From an uncultured Bacteroidales bacterium (GTDB lineage: Bacteria; Bacteroidota; Bacteroidia; Bacteroidales; CAIWKO01), in the NCBI GenBank assembly GCA_964599365.1, contig CAZRFL010000012.1, positions 2,241 through 66,240 of the forward strand: a DNA stretch of 64,000 nt, given 5' to 3'. Shown piece by piece: positions 1 through 9,170 of this stretch. The notes beneath the pieces were generated by a model, which had not been told where the DNA came from, searched no databases, and was given only the letters and a program-made list of their open reading frames with translations. The translations under genes were made by a program, and so were the position numbers. The first letter of the stretch is position 1. Each line of letters opens with the position of its first letter.

Positions 1-19
1 GGATCTTTTCAGGGACAGT

Positions 20-469
20 ATGCAAATCATAAGACAAATTCGTGACATTAATTATGACAGGAATTATTCGGAATTTTCTTTGAGTATAATAAAAGATAGT
101 ATTCATGCTAATCTAAAGCCAAACCAAGATGACCAGCAACCTAAATACACCTTCAACGACTATTTGCTATTCGAAGTCATAAATGAGGACTATAACCAAG
201 ATGGAAAGCTAAGCCCTGATGATCCCTTATACTTGTATGCTTCAAAAAATGACGGAACAGGATTAATTCAAATTACACCAAGATTTTATAGTTACAAGTA
301 TTATCAGTTTTTCAAAAAGGAAAATTTCATTTTAGCTGTATTAGTAAAAGATTCAAATGAAGACAAAAAATTTGACAATAATGACAAGGAAGTGGTGTAC
401 AAAATTGACTTGACAAATTTTAAGAAATCTAAGATTATAGTGGATATACAAATAAAAAGAAAACAATAA
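20..469 (+). CDS. hypothetical protein, possibly 5'-truncated by the window edge
   Basis: 149-aa ORF, AT-rich and rich in K/N/D, with no motif I recognise. The frame stays open from nt 2 to the first ATG, so the true start may lie upstream of the window. Confidence 0.35.
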   Translation: MQIIRQIRDINYDRNYSEFSLSIIKDSIHANLKPNQDDQQPKYTFNDYLLFEVINEDYNQDGKLSPDDPLYLYASKNDGTGLIQITPRFYSYKYYQFFKKENFILAVLVKDSNEDKKFDNNDKEVVYKIDLTNFKKSKIIVDIQIKRKQ

Positions 470-474
470 AGCTA

Positions 475-599
475 TGCATAACATGGGCTTTATTTCATGC
501 GGCCAGTGCTTCGGAGACAGGAACTCAACGGACAGAAACATTCGTTCTTTTAGACAAGGCAGGGAGGCCGCACGAAATTAAAGCCGCAACCGTTATGCA
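475..599 (+). other. long imperfect inverted repeat (hairpin) immediately after the stop of the first ORF
   Basis: Left arm TGCATAACATGGGCTTTATTTCATGCGGCC (475-504). Right arm GGCCGCACGAAATTAAAGCCGCAACCGTTATGCA (566-599). The arms pair over about 26 of 30 nt around a roughly 60-nt loop. Confidence 0.5.
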
Positions 600-715
600 C
601 AAGGCGAAGGACAAACGACATGAAAACAAAATGGGAAGAGAAAAAAATGATAAACCCCGTCTGTTAATAAACAGAAATGAATGATTCTTAGTATGAACCA
701 AAAATAAAGGAAAAA

Positions 716-2362
716 ATGTTGAACAAAGTGAAATTACCGCCTCCGCATGCAGTCCGATTTTTATCGGGAAAAAAAGTAATTATCTTTCTTGCAATTTCCT
801 GCACTTTGCTTTTCTTATGCAAGGCGAATGCACAAACACCATCTGTCAAATGGTGGTACAATACTAACGACGCTTCCTTCGGGCAATCGGCGGCAGGCGA
901 TATTGACGGTGACGGGAAATTGGAAATTGTTTTCGGCTGCTACCGAAACGACAGTTCGGTGTATGCTCTCAATGCAGAGGATGGAAGCCTTTTGTGGAAA
1001 TATAACACCCATTCCATAGGAGCCGAAGGCTGCAACGATGTTGCTCCCATTATTTATGATGTGGACAACGACTCTCACCTTGAAGTAGTATTGCCCAGTT
1101 CATGCAATCCGAAAACATTTTGTTTTAACGGGCTTACGGGAGCAGTTAAATGGCAGTGTAATACAGAAGGCAGCGATTCTCCGCCGACAATTGCTGATGT
1201 GGATAATGACGGGAAACCTGAAATACTTCATGGGGAATTCGGGGGTACAGTCAGATGTTTAAATGCAGAAAACGGAAGTTTAAATTGGGTATTAAATGTG
1301 GATCTTAATTCATGGATACAAACTGCCCCCACCATCGTTGATCTTGATAATAACGGACAACTTGATTTTGTGGTTGGCACCTGGAACTTTGACGATTTGG
1401 ATAGTATATATGCTTATCGTGGCGACAATCATACCTTATTGTGGACCTACCCCGTGCACGATGTCATGTATCACGGAACTGCTGTAGCCGATCTTGATAA
1501 AGACGGTAAGCCGGAATTAGTCATCGGCTCTTACAATGATACGCTTTATTGTATCAATGGCGAAAACGGAACAACCAAATGGAAATATGCTGCTTCAGGC
1601 GGGTATATCGGTGCACCCGCATCCATCGGTGATATTGATAGCGATGGATACTGCGAAGTGGTTTTTGTGAGTGGATATAAAGTCTGTGCGCTTTCTAACA
1701 CCGGTACGTTACAGTGGCAATATAATATTCCCGGATATTCAGGAGCATTCAGGGGGTGTGCATTAGCTGATATTAATAATGATGCTTTTCCGGATGTCAT
1801 ATTTGGAACAGATAATGGTAAAGTAATAGCCCTGATGGGAAACAACGGAACCCTCATCTGGTCAATAGATCTGGCAGCACACTACGGCAATTCTGATTTT
1901 GGAATTGACCATGCTCCGCTGATCTCTGATTTTGATAATAATGATACTCTTGATGTGTTTATTGTAGGTGGCTATAGTGAGTATCCGGCTTTTCAGAATA
2001 ATTTCGGACGCGCTTATATGCTCACTGCCGGTAAAGGAAATGGCCCCGACTGGCTTATGTTTCAGCGTGACATCAGACGTCAGTCGTCGCTTTGTAAGGA
2101 TACAACAAATGCTGTTATTGAAAATCCTGAGCAGAAAAACGAAATCAAGGTCTTTCCAAATCCGACACACAACAAAATTGAAGTCACAGGATTAGATAAT
2201 GGAACCATTGAGATAATTAATTTACAAGGACAAATCGTAAAAACCTTGAATACATCAGGTACAAAGACAACAATTGATTTGTCAAAACTTCCATCCGGGC
2301 TATATTTAGTTAAAATTTTAAGTTATGAAGGGGTGGTAACAAAGAAGCTAATTAAGGAATGA
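716..2362 (+). CDS. FG-GAP/VCBS-repeat beta-propeller protein with T9SS type-A C-terminal sorting domain
   Basis: Signal peptide. At least 7 repeats of D-x-D-x-DG-x-x-E/D (DIDGDGKLEIVFG, DVDNDGKPEILHG, DLDKDGKPELVIG and others). The C-terminus reads KVFPNPTHNKIEV...SGLYLVKILSYEGVVTKKLIKE, typical of Por secretion tails. Confidence 0.8.
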   Translation: MLNKVKLPPPHAVRFLSGKKVIIFLAISCTLLFLCKANAQTPSVKWWYNTNDASFGQSAAGDIDGDGKLEIVFGCYRNDSSVYALNAEDGSLLWKYNTHSIGAEGCNDVAPIIYDVDNDSHLEVVLPSSCNPKTFCFNGLTGAVKWQCNTEGSDSPPTIADVDNDGKPEILHGEFGGTVRCLNAENGSLNWVLNVDLNSWIQTAPTIVDLDNNGQLDFVVGTWNFDDLDSIYAYRGDNHTLLWTYPVHDVMYHGTAVADLDKDGKPELVIGSYNDTLYCINGENGTTKWKYAASGGYIGAPASIGDIDSDGYCEVVFVSGYKVCALSNTGTLQWQYNIPGYSGAFRGCALADINNDAFPDVIFGTDNGKVIALMGNNGTLIWSIDLAAHYGNSDFGIDHAPLISDFDNNDTLDVFIVGGYSEYPAFQNNFGRAYMLTAGKGNGPDWLMFQRDIRRQSSLCKDTTNAVIENPEQKNEIKVFPNPTHNKIEVTGLDNGTIEIINLQGQIVKTLNTSGTKTTIDLSKLPSGLYLVKILSYEGVVTKKLIKE

Positions 2363-2389
2363 ATTTCCCAGGCAATCCAGCAATCCAAC

Positions 2390-2413
2390 CCTGACCGACT
2401 GACATCGGTCAGG
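2390..2413 (+). terminator. GC hairpin downstream of the FG-GAP gene (no clear T-tract)
   Basis: CCTGACCGA-ctgaca-TCGGTCAGG gives a 9-bp perfect stem 28 nt after the stop codon. Confidence 0.3.
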
Positions 2414-2562
2414 CGGGAATTTAACAATTTAGCCATTCCCCTCTTCCAATTTTCCATCATTCCATCCGCCACGGCGGATTCCACTCCACCATCTTTCCAA
2501 AAGAATTATCCTCTGATTCCCAAAATTGTAGTAACTTTAGGCAAAACTTAATAGATACTAAC

Positions 2563-3621
2563 GTGGAAACTGAATCTCAATACCTGTTTGCCCCTGCCGA
2601 CTATAATGCCTTTGTCGAATATCTTTCTCAGAAAGAGCAGTCGGGCTGCCGGTTTTATATACTTACCGACGAGAACACCAAAAAGCACTGTCTCCCGGCC
2701 TTTGTGAAGAACACCCCCCATATTGATAGCTATACCGGCATCACCATTGCTTCGGGCGAGGCTCATAAAAACCTCAAGACTTGTGAAATCATCTGGAAAG
2801 CATTGACCGACGACTTTGCCGGACGCAATTCACTGCTCATCAATCTGGGCGGTGGGGTGATTACTGATATAGGTGGCTTTGCTGCTTCGGTCTACAAACG
2901 CGGCATACCCCATTGCAATGTTCCTACCTCTCTGCTGGGTATGGTTGATGCCGCCGTAGGAGGGAAGACAGGGGTAGATTTCATGGGGCTGAAAAATATG
3001 ATTGGTGCCTTTGCTCCTTCAGAGAAGACCTTTATCGATATCACCTATCTGCAGACCCTGCCCGAAGAGCATATGCGTTCGGGTTTTTCCGAATTGCTCA
3101 AGATAGCCCTGGTCTGCGGAAAACAACTCTGGCAGCAGCTTCAGGATATTGGCTACAAGGATATTCTCTCGCATGCTGAGATCATTGCTGCGGCCGTAAG
3201 TTTAAAAAGGGAAATAGTCAGTAAGGACCCTCTGGAAAAAGATATTCGCAAATCACTGAATTTCGGTCATACCATTGGCCATGCCATAGAATCCTATTCC
3301 ATTATACATGGCAAAAACCCTCTATTGCATGGCGATTCGGTGGCCATTGGCATGATATGCGAAACCTGGCTTTCGAACAAGGTGAGCGGACTGAGCGATG
3401 AAGAAACCAAATCCATCATCGACAAAATAGCCGGTTCCTGTGGCAAGCACAAGCTTAACATAGAGAAAAGCGAGTTGCTACGCATGATTCGCAACGACAA
3501 AAAGAATGCCGATTCGAAGATCAACTTTACCCTGCTCAGCGCTGTGGGCACTGCCTGCATCGACCAACATTTCAGCGAAAAGCTCATTTTCGAGGCCTTG
3601 GATTTCTATTATTATTTGTAA
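2563..3621 (+). CDS. aroB: 3-dehydroquinate synthase
   Basis: LINLGGGVITDIGGFAASVYKRGIPHCNVPTSLLGMVDAAVGGKTGVDF and HTIGHAIE metal-site motifs. GTG start as given in the ORF track. Followed by aroA. Confidence 0.9.
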   Translation: METESQYLFAPADYNAFVEYLSQKEQSGCRFYILTDENTKKHCLPAFVKNTPHIDSYTGITIASGEAHKNLKTCEIIWKALTDDFAGRNSLLINLGGGVITDIGGFAASVYKRGIPHCNVPTSLLGMVDAAVGGKTGVDFMGLKNMIGAFAPSEKTFIDITYLQTLPEEHMRSGFSELLKIALVCGKQLWQQLQDIGYKDILSHAEIIAAAVSLKREIVSKDPLEKDIRKSLNFGHTIGHAIESYSIIHGKNPLLHGDSVAIGMICETWLSNKVSGLSDEETKSIIDKIAGSCGKHKLNIEKSELLRMIRNDKKNADSKINFTLLSAVGTACIDQHFSEKLIFEALDFYYYL

Positions 3622-3711
3622 GAATAAGCCCTCTCTGAAAACGCACAATTTCTTTTTTTGCCGCAGATTCACAGATTCCTTTTCATTATGAGGAATTTCA
3701 CAGATTACATT

Positions 3712-3744
3712 CGTAAATTTAAAAATGAAATTTTTAAATTTACG
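3712..3744. repeat. perfect AT-rich palindrome (15-bp arms, 3-nt centre)
   Basis: CGTAAATTTAAAAAT-gaa-ATTTTTAAATTTACG, located in the 302-bp aroB-aroA spacer. Confidence 0.8.
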
Positions 3745-3901
3745 CTCTGCGCAAATTTGTAGCTTATTTTAATCTGCGAACTAAGCGAAGCGACCTCATG
3801 AGCCGAATTTATTCTCGAATAATCTGTGGCGATTTTAAACTCAAATTATTTATAAAAGCAAAATTCCCTGTAGTTTTTTTGTTTTGAATCTGCCGAATTA
3901 A

Positions 3902-3909
3902 TATATTTG
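3902..3909 (+). promoter_or_regulatory. Bacteroidota sigma-A -7 box (TAnnTTTG)
   Basis: TATATTTG lies 15 nt upstream of the aroA ATG. Confidence 0.45.
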
Positions 3910-3923
3910 TAGAAAAAAACAAA

Positions 3924-5162
3924 ATGTCCGGCATTCAGATACGCATGGGGTCAACGGGCATAAAAACTTCTGTTGACCTGCCTGCTTCCAAAAGCATCAG
4001 CAACCGTTTGTTGCTCATCAAAGCTTTGTGCAAAGAAAGCTTTACGGTAGATAATCTTTCCCTTTCGGATGATACCCTGATATTACAAAGATGCATTGAG
4101 AACCTTACGGAAGAAGAGGTATTCGATGTGGGCGATGCCGGCACGGCCTTCCGTTTTCTGACAGCCCTTTTTGCCATCACACCGGGTAAGCGCACCCTGA
4201 CAGGTTCGAAACGCATGCTGAAACGGCCAGTAGGCGATCTGGTGAAAGCCCTGAACAAACTGGGAGCCGATATTAGCTATGTCAGCAAAAACAATCATCC
4301 TCCCCTCATCATAAACGGAACAACATTGAGAGGCTCCAAAGTCGATATCAGGGCGGGCATCAGCAGTCAGTTCATTTCGGCCATGTTATTGATAGCTCCA
4401 CGGCTGCCACAGGGCTTGTCTCTTAAACTTACCGGCGACATTGCTTCTAAACCCTACATAAGCATGACTCTGAAAATGATGGAACATTTCGGGGTGTCAT
4501 CACTTTGGAAATGGAAAACCATAGAAGTGGCAAAGCAAGCATATCATCCACGAAATTTCGTGGTCGAATCCGATTGGTCGGCCGCGGCTTTTTGGTATCA
4601 GATAGTTGCTTTTTCCAAAGTGGCCGAAGTAGAGTTAAAAGGTTTGAGCCGGAATTCACTGCAGGGCGATGCGATAGTGGCCGATATTTATGACAAACTG
4701 GGCGTAAAAACTTCTTTTTTGGAGGATTCGGTTTTACTTACGCGTAAGGAAACATTAACTGTTGTCCTGATCAACGATTTTTTTCTGACACCCGATCTCT
4801 TCCCGCCAGTGACGGCTACTTGTGCAGGTTTGAAAATTCCTTTCCGTTTCACCGGTCTGCAAAATCTGGTCATCAAAGAATCTGACCGGGTGATGGCCAT
4901 GATCACTGAGTTAGCGAAATTTGGTTACTATTTTAACTACGATAAGCAGGAAGGCTCCTTGGTATACGATGGCAACAAAGGAAATTTCGACGATGCCGAA
5001 GTCGTCTGCGATTCGCATAACGATCACCGTATTGCCATGTCGCTCGCCCCTATGGCCATGATACATTGCCGTGTCAATCTCAACGATTCCAAGTGTGTCA
5101 GCAAGTCCTACTCGACTTATTTCGACGACCTGCAAAAAGCAGGATTTAAGGTTATTTGTTAA
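3924..5162 (+). CDS. aroA: 3-phosphoshikimate 1-carboxyvinyltransferase (EPSP synthase)
   Basis: LPASKSISNRLLLIKAL, GDAGTAFRFLTA, and DHRIAMSLAP near the C-terminus. Confidence 0.9.
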   Translation: MSGIQIRMGSTGIKTSVDLPASKSISNRLLLIKALCKESFTVDNLSLSDDTLILQRCIENLTEEEVFDVGDAGTAFRFLTALFAITPGKRTLTGSKRMLKRPVGDLVKALNKLGADISYVSKNNHPPLIINGTTLRGSKVDIRAGISSQFISAMLLIAPRLPQGLSLKLTGDIASKPYISMTLKMMEHFGVSSLWKWKTIEVAKQAYHPRNFVVESDWSAAAFWYQIVAFSKVAEVELKGLSRNSLQGDAIVADIYDKLGVKTSFLEDSVLLTRKETLTVVLINDFFLTPDLFPPVTATCAGLKIPFRFTGLQNLVIKESDRVMAMITELAKFGYYFNYDKQEGSLVYDGNKGNFDDAEVVCDSHNDHRIAMSLAPMAMIHCRVNLNDSKCVSKSYSTYFDDLQKAGFKVIC

Positions 5163-5254
5163 ATTTCTCAGCTTTTCATCGAAATTATGTAATTTCACCT
5201 TTAGTTTTTAAGCCTTATAATTCAATTAAAATCAAAACTTCAAATTAAGAAAAA

Positions 5255-8065
5255 ATGAAAAAAATCCTTTTGATTATCTTCTGTGCGTTGCTATTTGCAG
5301 GGCAGGGAGTAAATGCACAAACCGATCTTTCGGCCAAAATTCCTGTCACCTCTAAGGTGAAAATAGGAACCTTGCCCAACGGATTGAAGTATTATATCGT
5401 ATACAATGCCAAACCGGAAAAAAAGGTAGAACTGCGTATGGCAGTCAATGCCGGAGCTATTCTGGAAGATGACGATCAGCAAGGTCTGGCCCACTTCTTG
5501 GAACACATGAATTTCAATGGCCTTACCCATTTCCCGGACAACGAACTGGTTCATTACCTCCAAAGTATTGGAGTAGGTTTTGGTAACGACCTGAATGCCT
5601 TCACCGGTTTCGACGAAACCGTGTACATTCTTCCTGTTCCCAGCGATGATGCCGACAAACTCGACAAGGCTTTCACAGTAATAGCCGACTGGGCTCACGG
5701 AACTTTGCTTACTGATAAGGAAATCGATAAAGAGCGTGGCGTTATTTTATCCGAAAGCCGTCTGGGCAAAGGTGCCGACGACCGTATGATGAAGATATGG
5801 TTGCCCAAAATGCTCAACGGATCCAAGTATGGCGAACGTCTGCCCATTGGTATAGATTCCATCATTGCCAATTTCGATTACAAGGTGCTGCGTCGTTTTT
5901 ATACCGATTGGTATAGGCCCGATAACCAGGCTGTGATAGTAGTAGGAGATATGCCTGTTGAAAAGGCAGAACAAATGATCAAAGAAAAATTTGGCGATGT
6001 CAAAAATCCTACCCCCGAGCGCAATCGTCCTGAGACCTTCGAAGTGAAAGCATTCGCACAAAATCAGGCCATGGTGATCACTGACAAAGAAGCTGATGCC
6101 ACTTACGTTAATCTGCTGGGAAATTCGCATGTAAAAAAGCCATCGGTCACCGAAGGCGATTATCTGAACGATATTATCAACAACCTTTGTTTTGAGATGG
6201 TAAATTCACGTCTGGATGAACTGAAGAGTTCGCCCAATCCTCCTTTCATTTATGCTTATGTATATCTGGGCGGCTGGGCACGTGGTTACGAAAACTTCAC
6301 CACAGCAGCCATGTGCGGACCCGATGGTATCAAGCTTGCAATTCAGACCCTGGTTACCGAAAGTTTGCGAGTCAAGAAATTTGGTTTCACCGAAGCGGAA
6401 CTGGCCCGTGCCAAAGCAAAAGTATTATCAGATTACGAAAAGCAATACAACGAGCGCGATAAAACCGAATCGGGCCGCCTGGTTTGGGAATACGTAAATA
6501 ATTTCCTTTCACAGGAACCAATTCCGGGTATTGAATGGGAATATAATTTCGCCAAAACCCATATGGACAAGATCACTTTGAAAAATTTTGATGACATCCG
6601 CAACAAGATCGACATTGGCGACAAATATTTCAGCTACGTAACCACAAAGACCGCTGCCGGACTTCCTTCCGATGCACAGTACAAACAGTGGATTGATGAA
6701 GCTATGAAGAGTAATATAACTGCGTATGCCGAAAAACAAATCGCATCCAAAATGCTCACCAAAGAGCCGGTTGCCGGAAAGATCGTGAAAACAGTGAAGA
6801 ACGAAAAACTCGGAACCACCACCTTTACTTTGAGCAACGGAGCTATTGTTTGTATCAAACCTACCGATTTCAAAAACGATGAGATTTTACTCAAAGGAAG
6901 CAAATTCGGCGGATACAGTGCTTACACCGGAGCCGATTATCAAAGTGCACAGTTCAGCAATAATGTGGTCGAAGAAATGGGCTACGGTTCTTTCTCAACC
7001 ACCGATCTCGACAAATTCCTTTCGGGCAAAAACGTAAAAATATCACCAGTAGTAGATACTTACACTGAGTATATCAACGGAAACAGCACCATTAAGGACC
7101 TGGAAACGATGTTCCAGTTACTTTACCTCAAGTGTACTGAGCCACGTATCGATAAAGAAGCTTTCCAGTCATTCGTCACCCGTTCGAAACAACAGCTCGA
7201 ACTCACCAAACAGAATCCCGAGAATCTCTTCTCCGATACCGTTTATAATATCTTATATCAGGGCAATCCAAGAGCGCATCAGATCGAAAGCCCCACCGAT
7301 TATGATAAAATAAATCTTGATCGCGCTGTGGCATTTTATCTCGATCGTATTGGCAACCCTTCGGGAATGTATTACACCATTGTAGGAACTTTTACTGAGG
7401 CTCAAATCACTCCTCTAATCGAAAAATACATTGGTGGACTGACCGCAAAAGCATCCAAAGCCGAATACAAGGATATGGGAATGAATACCATCAAAGGAAA
7501 ACAGAGCTATACCCTGCGCAAAGGCAGCGAACAAAAAGCCATGCTTACACATTATTTTACTGGGGCATCTACTTATAATCCTGATGATAATTTCCTGTTA
7601 TCTCAGTTGAATGGTGTGTTGAACAACAAAATTACCGATACCATTCGTGAGAAAATGAGCGCCATCTATGGCGGAGGATTCTATGGTTCAGTATCCAAAT
7701 ATCCTAAGGAGGAGCTTACACTTCAATCATATTTTCCCTGCAGTCCCGATAATATTAAGAAGGTTGACTCAGCCTTCCTGAAGTTGGTGGATGGAGTGAA
7801 GATGGCTGGCGGTATTACCGAAAAAGACTGGCAGGGAGTTCGTGAGCCCGGCATACAGAGCTACAAGGTGAACATTAAGAAAAATAGTTACTGGTTGAAC
7901 AATCTTCAGTCGTTTTATCTTAACGGTGTTGATCCTGAAAGAATTCTCACTGTGGAACAAAGATTGCAGGCTATCACTCCTGAAAAACTGATAGAAACGG
8001 CCAAGAAATTCTATAGCACCCCTAATATCTTCACAGGTATGTGGCTGCCGGAGAACAAGAAATAA
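5255..8065 (+). CDS. secreted M16 (pitrilysin/insulinase) family zinc peptidase, two-module form
   Basis: Signal peptide and the inverted zinc motif HFLEHMNF (HxxEH). The 936-aa length fits fused active plus inactive M16 halves. Confidence 0.85.
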   Translation: MKKILLIIFCALLFAGQGVNAQTDLSAKIPVTSKVKIGTLPNGLKYYIVYNAKPEKKVELRMAVNAGAILEDDDQQGLAHFLEHMNFNGLTHFPDNELVHYLQSIGVGFGNDLNAFTGFDETVYILPVPSDDADKLDKAFTVIADWAHGTLLTDKEIDKERGVILSESRLGKGADDRMMKIWLPKMLNGSKYGERLPIGIDSIIANFDYKVLRRFYTDWYRPDNQAVIVVGDMPVEKAEQMIKEKFGDVKNPTPERNRPETFEVKAFAQNQAMVITDKEADATYVNLLGNSHVKKPSVTEGDYLNDIINNLCFEMVNSRLDELKSSPNPPFIYAYVYLGGWARGYENFTTAAMCGPDGIKLAIQTLVTESLRVKKFGFTEAELARAKAKVLSDYEKQYNERDKTESGRLVWEYVNNFLSQEPIPGIEWEYNFAKTHMDKITLKNFDDIRNKIDIGDKYFSYVTTKTAAGLPSDAQYKQWIDEAMKSNITAYAEKQIASKMLTKEPVAGKIVKTVKNEKLGTTTFTLSNGAIVCIKPTDFKNDEILLKGSKFGGYSAYTGADYQSAQFSNNVVEEMGYGSFSTTDLDKFLSGKNVKISPVVDTYTEYINGNSTIKDLETMFQLLYLKCTEPRIDKEAFQSFVTRSKQQLELTKQNPENLFSDTVYNILYQGNPRAHQIESPTDYDKINLDRAVAFYLDRIGNPSGMYYTIVGTFTEAQITPLIEKYIGGLTAKASKAEYKDMGMNTIKGKQSYTLRKGSEQKAMLTHYFTGASTYNPDDNFLLSQLNGVLNNKITDTIREKMSAIYGGGFYGSVSKYPKEELTLQSYFPCSPDNIKKVDSAFLKLVDGVKMAGGITEKDWQGVREPGIQSYKVNIKKNSYWLNNLQSFYLNGVDPERILTVEQRLQAITPEKLIETAKKFYSTPNIFTGMWLPENKK

Positions 8066-8087
8066 TAAGATTGACCGCAAATAATTA

Positions 8088-8127
8088 AGACGCCTGCCGG
8101 ATATGTTTCGGCAGGCGTCTTTTTTTA
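8088..8127 (+). terminator. rho-independent terminator between convergent genes
   Basis: AGACGCCTGCCG-gatatgttt-CGGCAGGCGTCT gives a 12-bp perfect stem, followed by T7. Confidence 0.8.
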
Positions 8128-8162
8128 TTCTTTCCAATAGATTTGGAGGCAGATCGACTTCT

Positions 8163-8945
8163 TTAACAGCCGCTGCTTCTCATGATGCGGAAAACATTCG
8201 ACGATAGCTGAACCACGCTGATAATATCGTAGCAGCCGTCGTCCATCAGCACCAATTCATACTTTCCGTCTTTAAAATAGAAAAGTTTGTAATCGTTTAT
8301 CTTATTATCTATCTCTTTTTGCAGTTCAATGCCCAATTTGTCGGGATGCGCTTTCATTTCTTCCACCTCCTTATCTATATCATCCTTAAAAACTGCCATA
8401 GCTATCAGGAAGCATTCTTCAGCCGAGGTTCCCTGAATGGTCAGACTTTCCGACCAGGATTCATAGCCAAAGCGTTCTTCATGTATCAGGTAAAATCCAT
8501 TATAAACAAAGAATTCCAGGGTGTCAGCCAGAGATAATCCTTCGCAATTATGAGGATAAACATTTTTTCGGCCACTTCGGAAAAAAGTCTTTTCGGCAAA
8601 TTGTTTCAAGGAAGTACATTGGAGCGACGGAGCAGGCAAACTGCTTAAGAATCCATCGAACACATAACCGGTCAGATCGTTATATTTTACTTTCATCCAA
8701 CTTCCTGAAATGCCTTCGGCTGTATAAGGCAGCAGATCGGCTGAAACGCCCCAGGGTTTGGGACAAACTATTACTTTTCCGCCCAGGGGAACTTTTCCTA
8801 TCACATTATTCCCTCCGGGTTCCGAACGTATCTTCAATCCTGAAACCGCCAGGCAGGTGAGTGTATCACCATAATCATAACCGCTAATGCAAAAGGATTT
8901 ACATGGTACCAGCAGGATGACAAGGATATAAAGTATTATTTTCAT
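8163..8945 (-). CDS. secreted hypothetical protein with bacterial SH3-like N-terminal domain
   Basis: Signal peptide. The segment GLKIRSEPGGNNVIGKVPLGGKVIV...WMKVKYNDLTGYVFDGFL resembles SH3b domains. The rest is unassigned. Confidence 0.5.
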   Translation of the reverse strand: MKIILYILVILLVPCKSFCISGYDYGDTLTCLAVSGLKIRSEPGGNNVIGKVPLGGKVIVCPKPWGVSADLLPYTAEGISGSWMKVKYNDLTGYVFDGFLSSLPAPSLQCTSLKQFAEKTFFRSGRKNVYPHNCEGLSLADTLEFFVYNGFYLIHEERFGYESWSESLTIQGTSAEECFLIAMAVFKDDIDKEVEEMKAHPDKLGIELQKEIDNKINDYKLFYFKDGKYELVLMDDGCYDIISVVQLSSNVFRIMRSSGC

Positions 8946-9014
8946 AACGAAATTCTTTAGAACATAAAATTACAGAATGTTTTAATATCGCTTAAAATTT
9001 TCTTCTGCAAAAAC

Positions 9015-9133
9015 CAATGTCAAAGAATGACAATTAATGACTACCAATGACCATTAATGACTACTAATGACAACAATATAACAATAGAACAATTTAGCAA
9101 TAGAACAATTTAACCATCCAGCCATTTAACCAT
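9015..9133. repeat. intergenic word-stutter tract (AATGAC / AACAAT / TTTAACCAT words)
   Basis: aatgacaattaatgactaccaatgaccattaatgactactaatgacaacaatataacaatagaacaatttagcaatagaacaatttaaccatccagccatttaaccatg. Confidence 0.8.
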
Positions 9134-9145
9134 GAAATTTTTCCC

Positions 9146-9153
9146 TACTTTTG
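9146..9153 (+). promoter_or_regulatory. -7 box TAnnTTTG
   Basis: TACTTTTG lies 18 nt upstream of the xdhC ATG. Confidence 0.45.
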
Positions 9154-9170
9154 AATAGAAATATTTTTTT

